Source: an uncultured Actinomycetota bacterium
GTDB taxonomy: Bacteria; Actinomycetota; Actinomycetes; Propionibacteriales; Propionibacteriaceae
Assembly (NCBI GenBank): GCA_963704665.1
Contig: OY969929.1
Span: 301,458 to 325,457 of the forward strand
Direction: 5' to 3'
DNA length: 24,000 nt
The notes beneath the pieces were generated by a model. The model had not been told where the DNA came from, did not search any database, and was given only the letters and a program-made list of their open reading frames with translations. This document shows positions 22,644-24,000 of this stretch, one piece after another. Within the stretch, counting starts at the first letter, position 1, and each line of letters begins with the position of its first letter. Position numbers and translations under genes: made by a program.

Positions 22644-24000
22644 GGCTGGTCTCCGGCTTGGGCGAGGTCTCCCCCGGTGTTCCCGTCGCCGTCGCCGTCG
22701 CCGTCGGTGTCGGTGTCGCGTGGAGCGGCCTCGTCCTCGGCGGTGATGAGGTGCAGACCGCTGGCCTTGGCGTTGTCGAAGGTGTCGTCGATGGCGACCA
22801 ACTGTCGGTTGGCGGCGGAGAGGAACGACGCTGCGACTGAGGCGCGGTAGCCGCCGGCGCAGTGCACCCACACCTCCCCGGCATCGGGGACCTCGTGGAC
22901 GCGCTTCGGCAGCTCGTGCAGAGGGATGTTGAGCGCGCCCTCGATGCGGGCCGCGGCGAACTCCGGCTCGCGGCGGACGTCGAGGATCACCACGTCGCGG
23001 TGGTGACGGACCAGGTCCAGGTCGGCGAAGGTGGCCTGGCGGAACGACGACAGCGGCCGGTCGGACCAGTGCTCAGGGCCGCCGGTCGCGGCCGCGGCGG
23101 GCCGGTCGATCCCGATCCGGACCAGCTCACGCTGCGCCCTCGTGACGTCGGCCTCGGTCTCCCCCAGCAGGGTGAGGGGGGTGCCCCACTCGATCAGCCA
23201 GCCGAGGTAGGTGGCGAAGCCGCCGTCGATGCCGAAGTTCAGCGTTCCGGGCATGTGGCCGGCGGCGAACACGGTGCGGTTGCGCAGGTCCACCACCCAC
23301 TCCCCGGCCTCGATCCGCCGACGCAGGTCGTCAGGCTCCGCCATCGCCGGCAGCGACAGGTCAGGTGCGGTCGGTCCGGCGGCGTTGGCCGGGGCCATGT
23401 GGACGTAGTAGGCGGGGTAGGCGTCCAAGCCGCCGAGCAGGGCCTCGACGTAGGCCTCCTCGGACTCAGTCAGGACCGGGTTGTTCTTCTTCTCCTGCCC
23501 GATGGTGGAGTCGGTGGCGTCGGACTGGGTGGCGGAGCAGAAGCTGCCGAACCCGTGGGTGGGGAACACCTCGGTGGCGTCCGGCAGCTCTGAGGCGAGC
23601 CGGTGAGCGGAGGCGTACTGGGCGTGGACCAGGTCGTGGGTGTGCTCGTGTCCGAGCAGGTCCGGCCGTCCCGTGGCGCCGTAGAGCAGCGACCCGCCGG
23701 TGAACACCGCGACCGGCTCGCTGTCGGCGGTGAGGGCGTAGGAGAGGTGGGTGAAGGTGTGTCCGGGCGTGGCCAGGGCCCGTAGCCGCATCGACGCGCC
23801 GACCTGCACCTCGTCGCCGTCGGAGATCGGGGTGCGGTCGTAGGCGACCTCGTCGGCGCCGTTCACGAAGTAGCGCGCGCCTGTGCGCTCGGCCAGGGCG
23901 AGCCCGCCGGTGACGTAGTCGTTGTGGATGTGGGTCTCGAACACGTGGGTGATCTGGACCTGTTCGTCGGCGGCGAGGTCGAGGACCCGGTCGATGTCGC
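22640..24000 (-). CDS. MBL-fold persulfide dioxygenase fused to two rhodanese domains (CstB/Blh-like); 5' end outside window
   Basis: The frame stays open past 23944 to the window edge (..DIDRVLDLAADEQVQITHVFETHIHNDYVTGG). Motifs: TPGHTFTH, FPTHGFGSFC, and a C-terminal rhodanese with active loop VHCAGGYRAS. The acidic tail reads DTDTDGDGDGDG. Confidence 0.9.
   Translation of the reverse strand, partial: DIDRVLDLAADEQVQITHVFETHIHNDYVTGGLALAERTGARYFVNGADEVAYDRTPISDGDEVQVGASMRLRALATPGHTFTHLSYALTADSEPVAVFTGGSLLYGATGRPDLLGHEHTHDLVHAQYASAHRLASELPDATEVFPTHGFGSFCSATQSDATDSTIGQEKKNNPVLTESEEAYVEALLGGLDAYPAYYVHMAPANAAGPTAPDLSLPAMAEPDDLRRRIEAGEWVVDLRNRTVFAAGHMPGTLNFGIDGGFATYLGWLIEWGTPLTLLGETEADVTRAQRELVRIGIDRPAAAATGGPEHWSDRPLSSFRQATFADLDLVRHHRDVVILDVRREPEFAAARIEGALNIPLHELPKRVHEVPDAGEVWVHCAGGYRASVAASFLSAANRQLVAIDDTFDNAKASGLHLITAEDEAAPRDTDTDGDGDGDGNTGGDLAQAGDQP

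Noticed and set aside
1-24000. Search for CRISPR arrays, rRNA, toxin-antitoxin pairs and known phage-defence gene signatures.
   Set aside because: No regularly spaced direct repeats were found. No rRNA-like conserved strings were seen. No ORFs carried nuclease, helicase, methylase or TA hallmarks.

Overview
High-GC, Actinomycetota-like chromosomal window; this assignment is inferred from codon bias, lipoboxes and a mycoredoxin-like gene. It falls into three blocks.

(1) 1-8.3 kb. An intact tRNA-Thr(CGU) is followed by a ~6.7 kb copper-resistance island. The island carries a perfect CsoR-type operator and a P1B-type Cu ATPase. It also carries a DUF6153-like membrane protein, a DUF305 lipoprotein, a His-motif lipoprotein with an ATGA-coupled 46-aa TM peptide, and a secreted CHRD/Cu,Zn-SOD-like protein. 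It ends at a degenerate direct repeat of the tRNA 3' half. Each tRNA copy is followed by a decayed tyrosine-integrase C-terminus, and the second is fused to an IS3 OrfA relic.

(2) 8.5-16.3 kb. A YnjBCD-type ABC importer operon lies divergent from an overlapping TVP38/DedA + CDP-alcohol phosphatidyltransferase pair. That pair converges, with a 33-nt CDS overlap, on a translationally coupled operon: ECF sigma, soluble RsrA-like ZAS anti-sigma, class-I FAD disulfide reductase.

(3) 16.6-24 kb. Thiol and reactive-sulfur genes: DoxX, a mycoredoxin-like ORF, an NDH-2/SQR-like flavoprotein and a peroxiredoxin-like protein. Beyond a decayed IS481-family transposase lie TauE/SafE, a YgaP-like rhodanese-DUF2892 protein, a single-domain rhodanese and a persulfide-dioxygenase-rhodanese fusion (5' end outside the window).

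Nine gene junctions use overlapping stop and start codons (eight 4-nt ATGA/GTGA, one 8-nt). No rRNA, CRISPR array or recognisable defence genes were seen.

The most novel-looking signals are the cross-phylum 'Ynj-like' lipid/transport module and the sigma/anti-sigma/reductase circuit embedded between it and the sulfur genes. All family assignments rest on motif recognition by eye and need HMM/BLAST confirmation.
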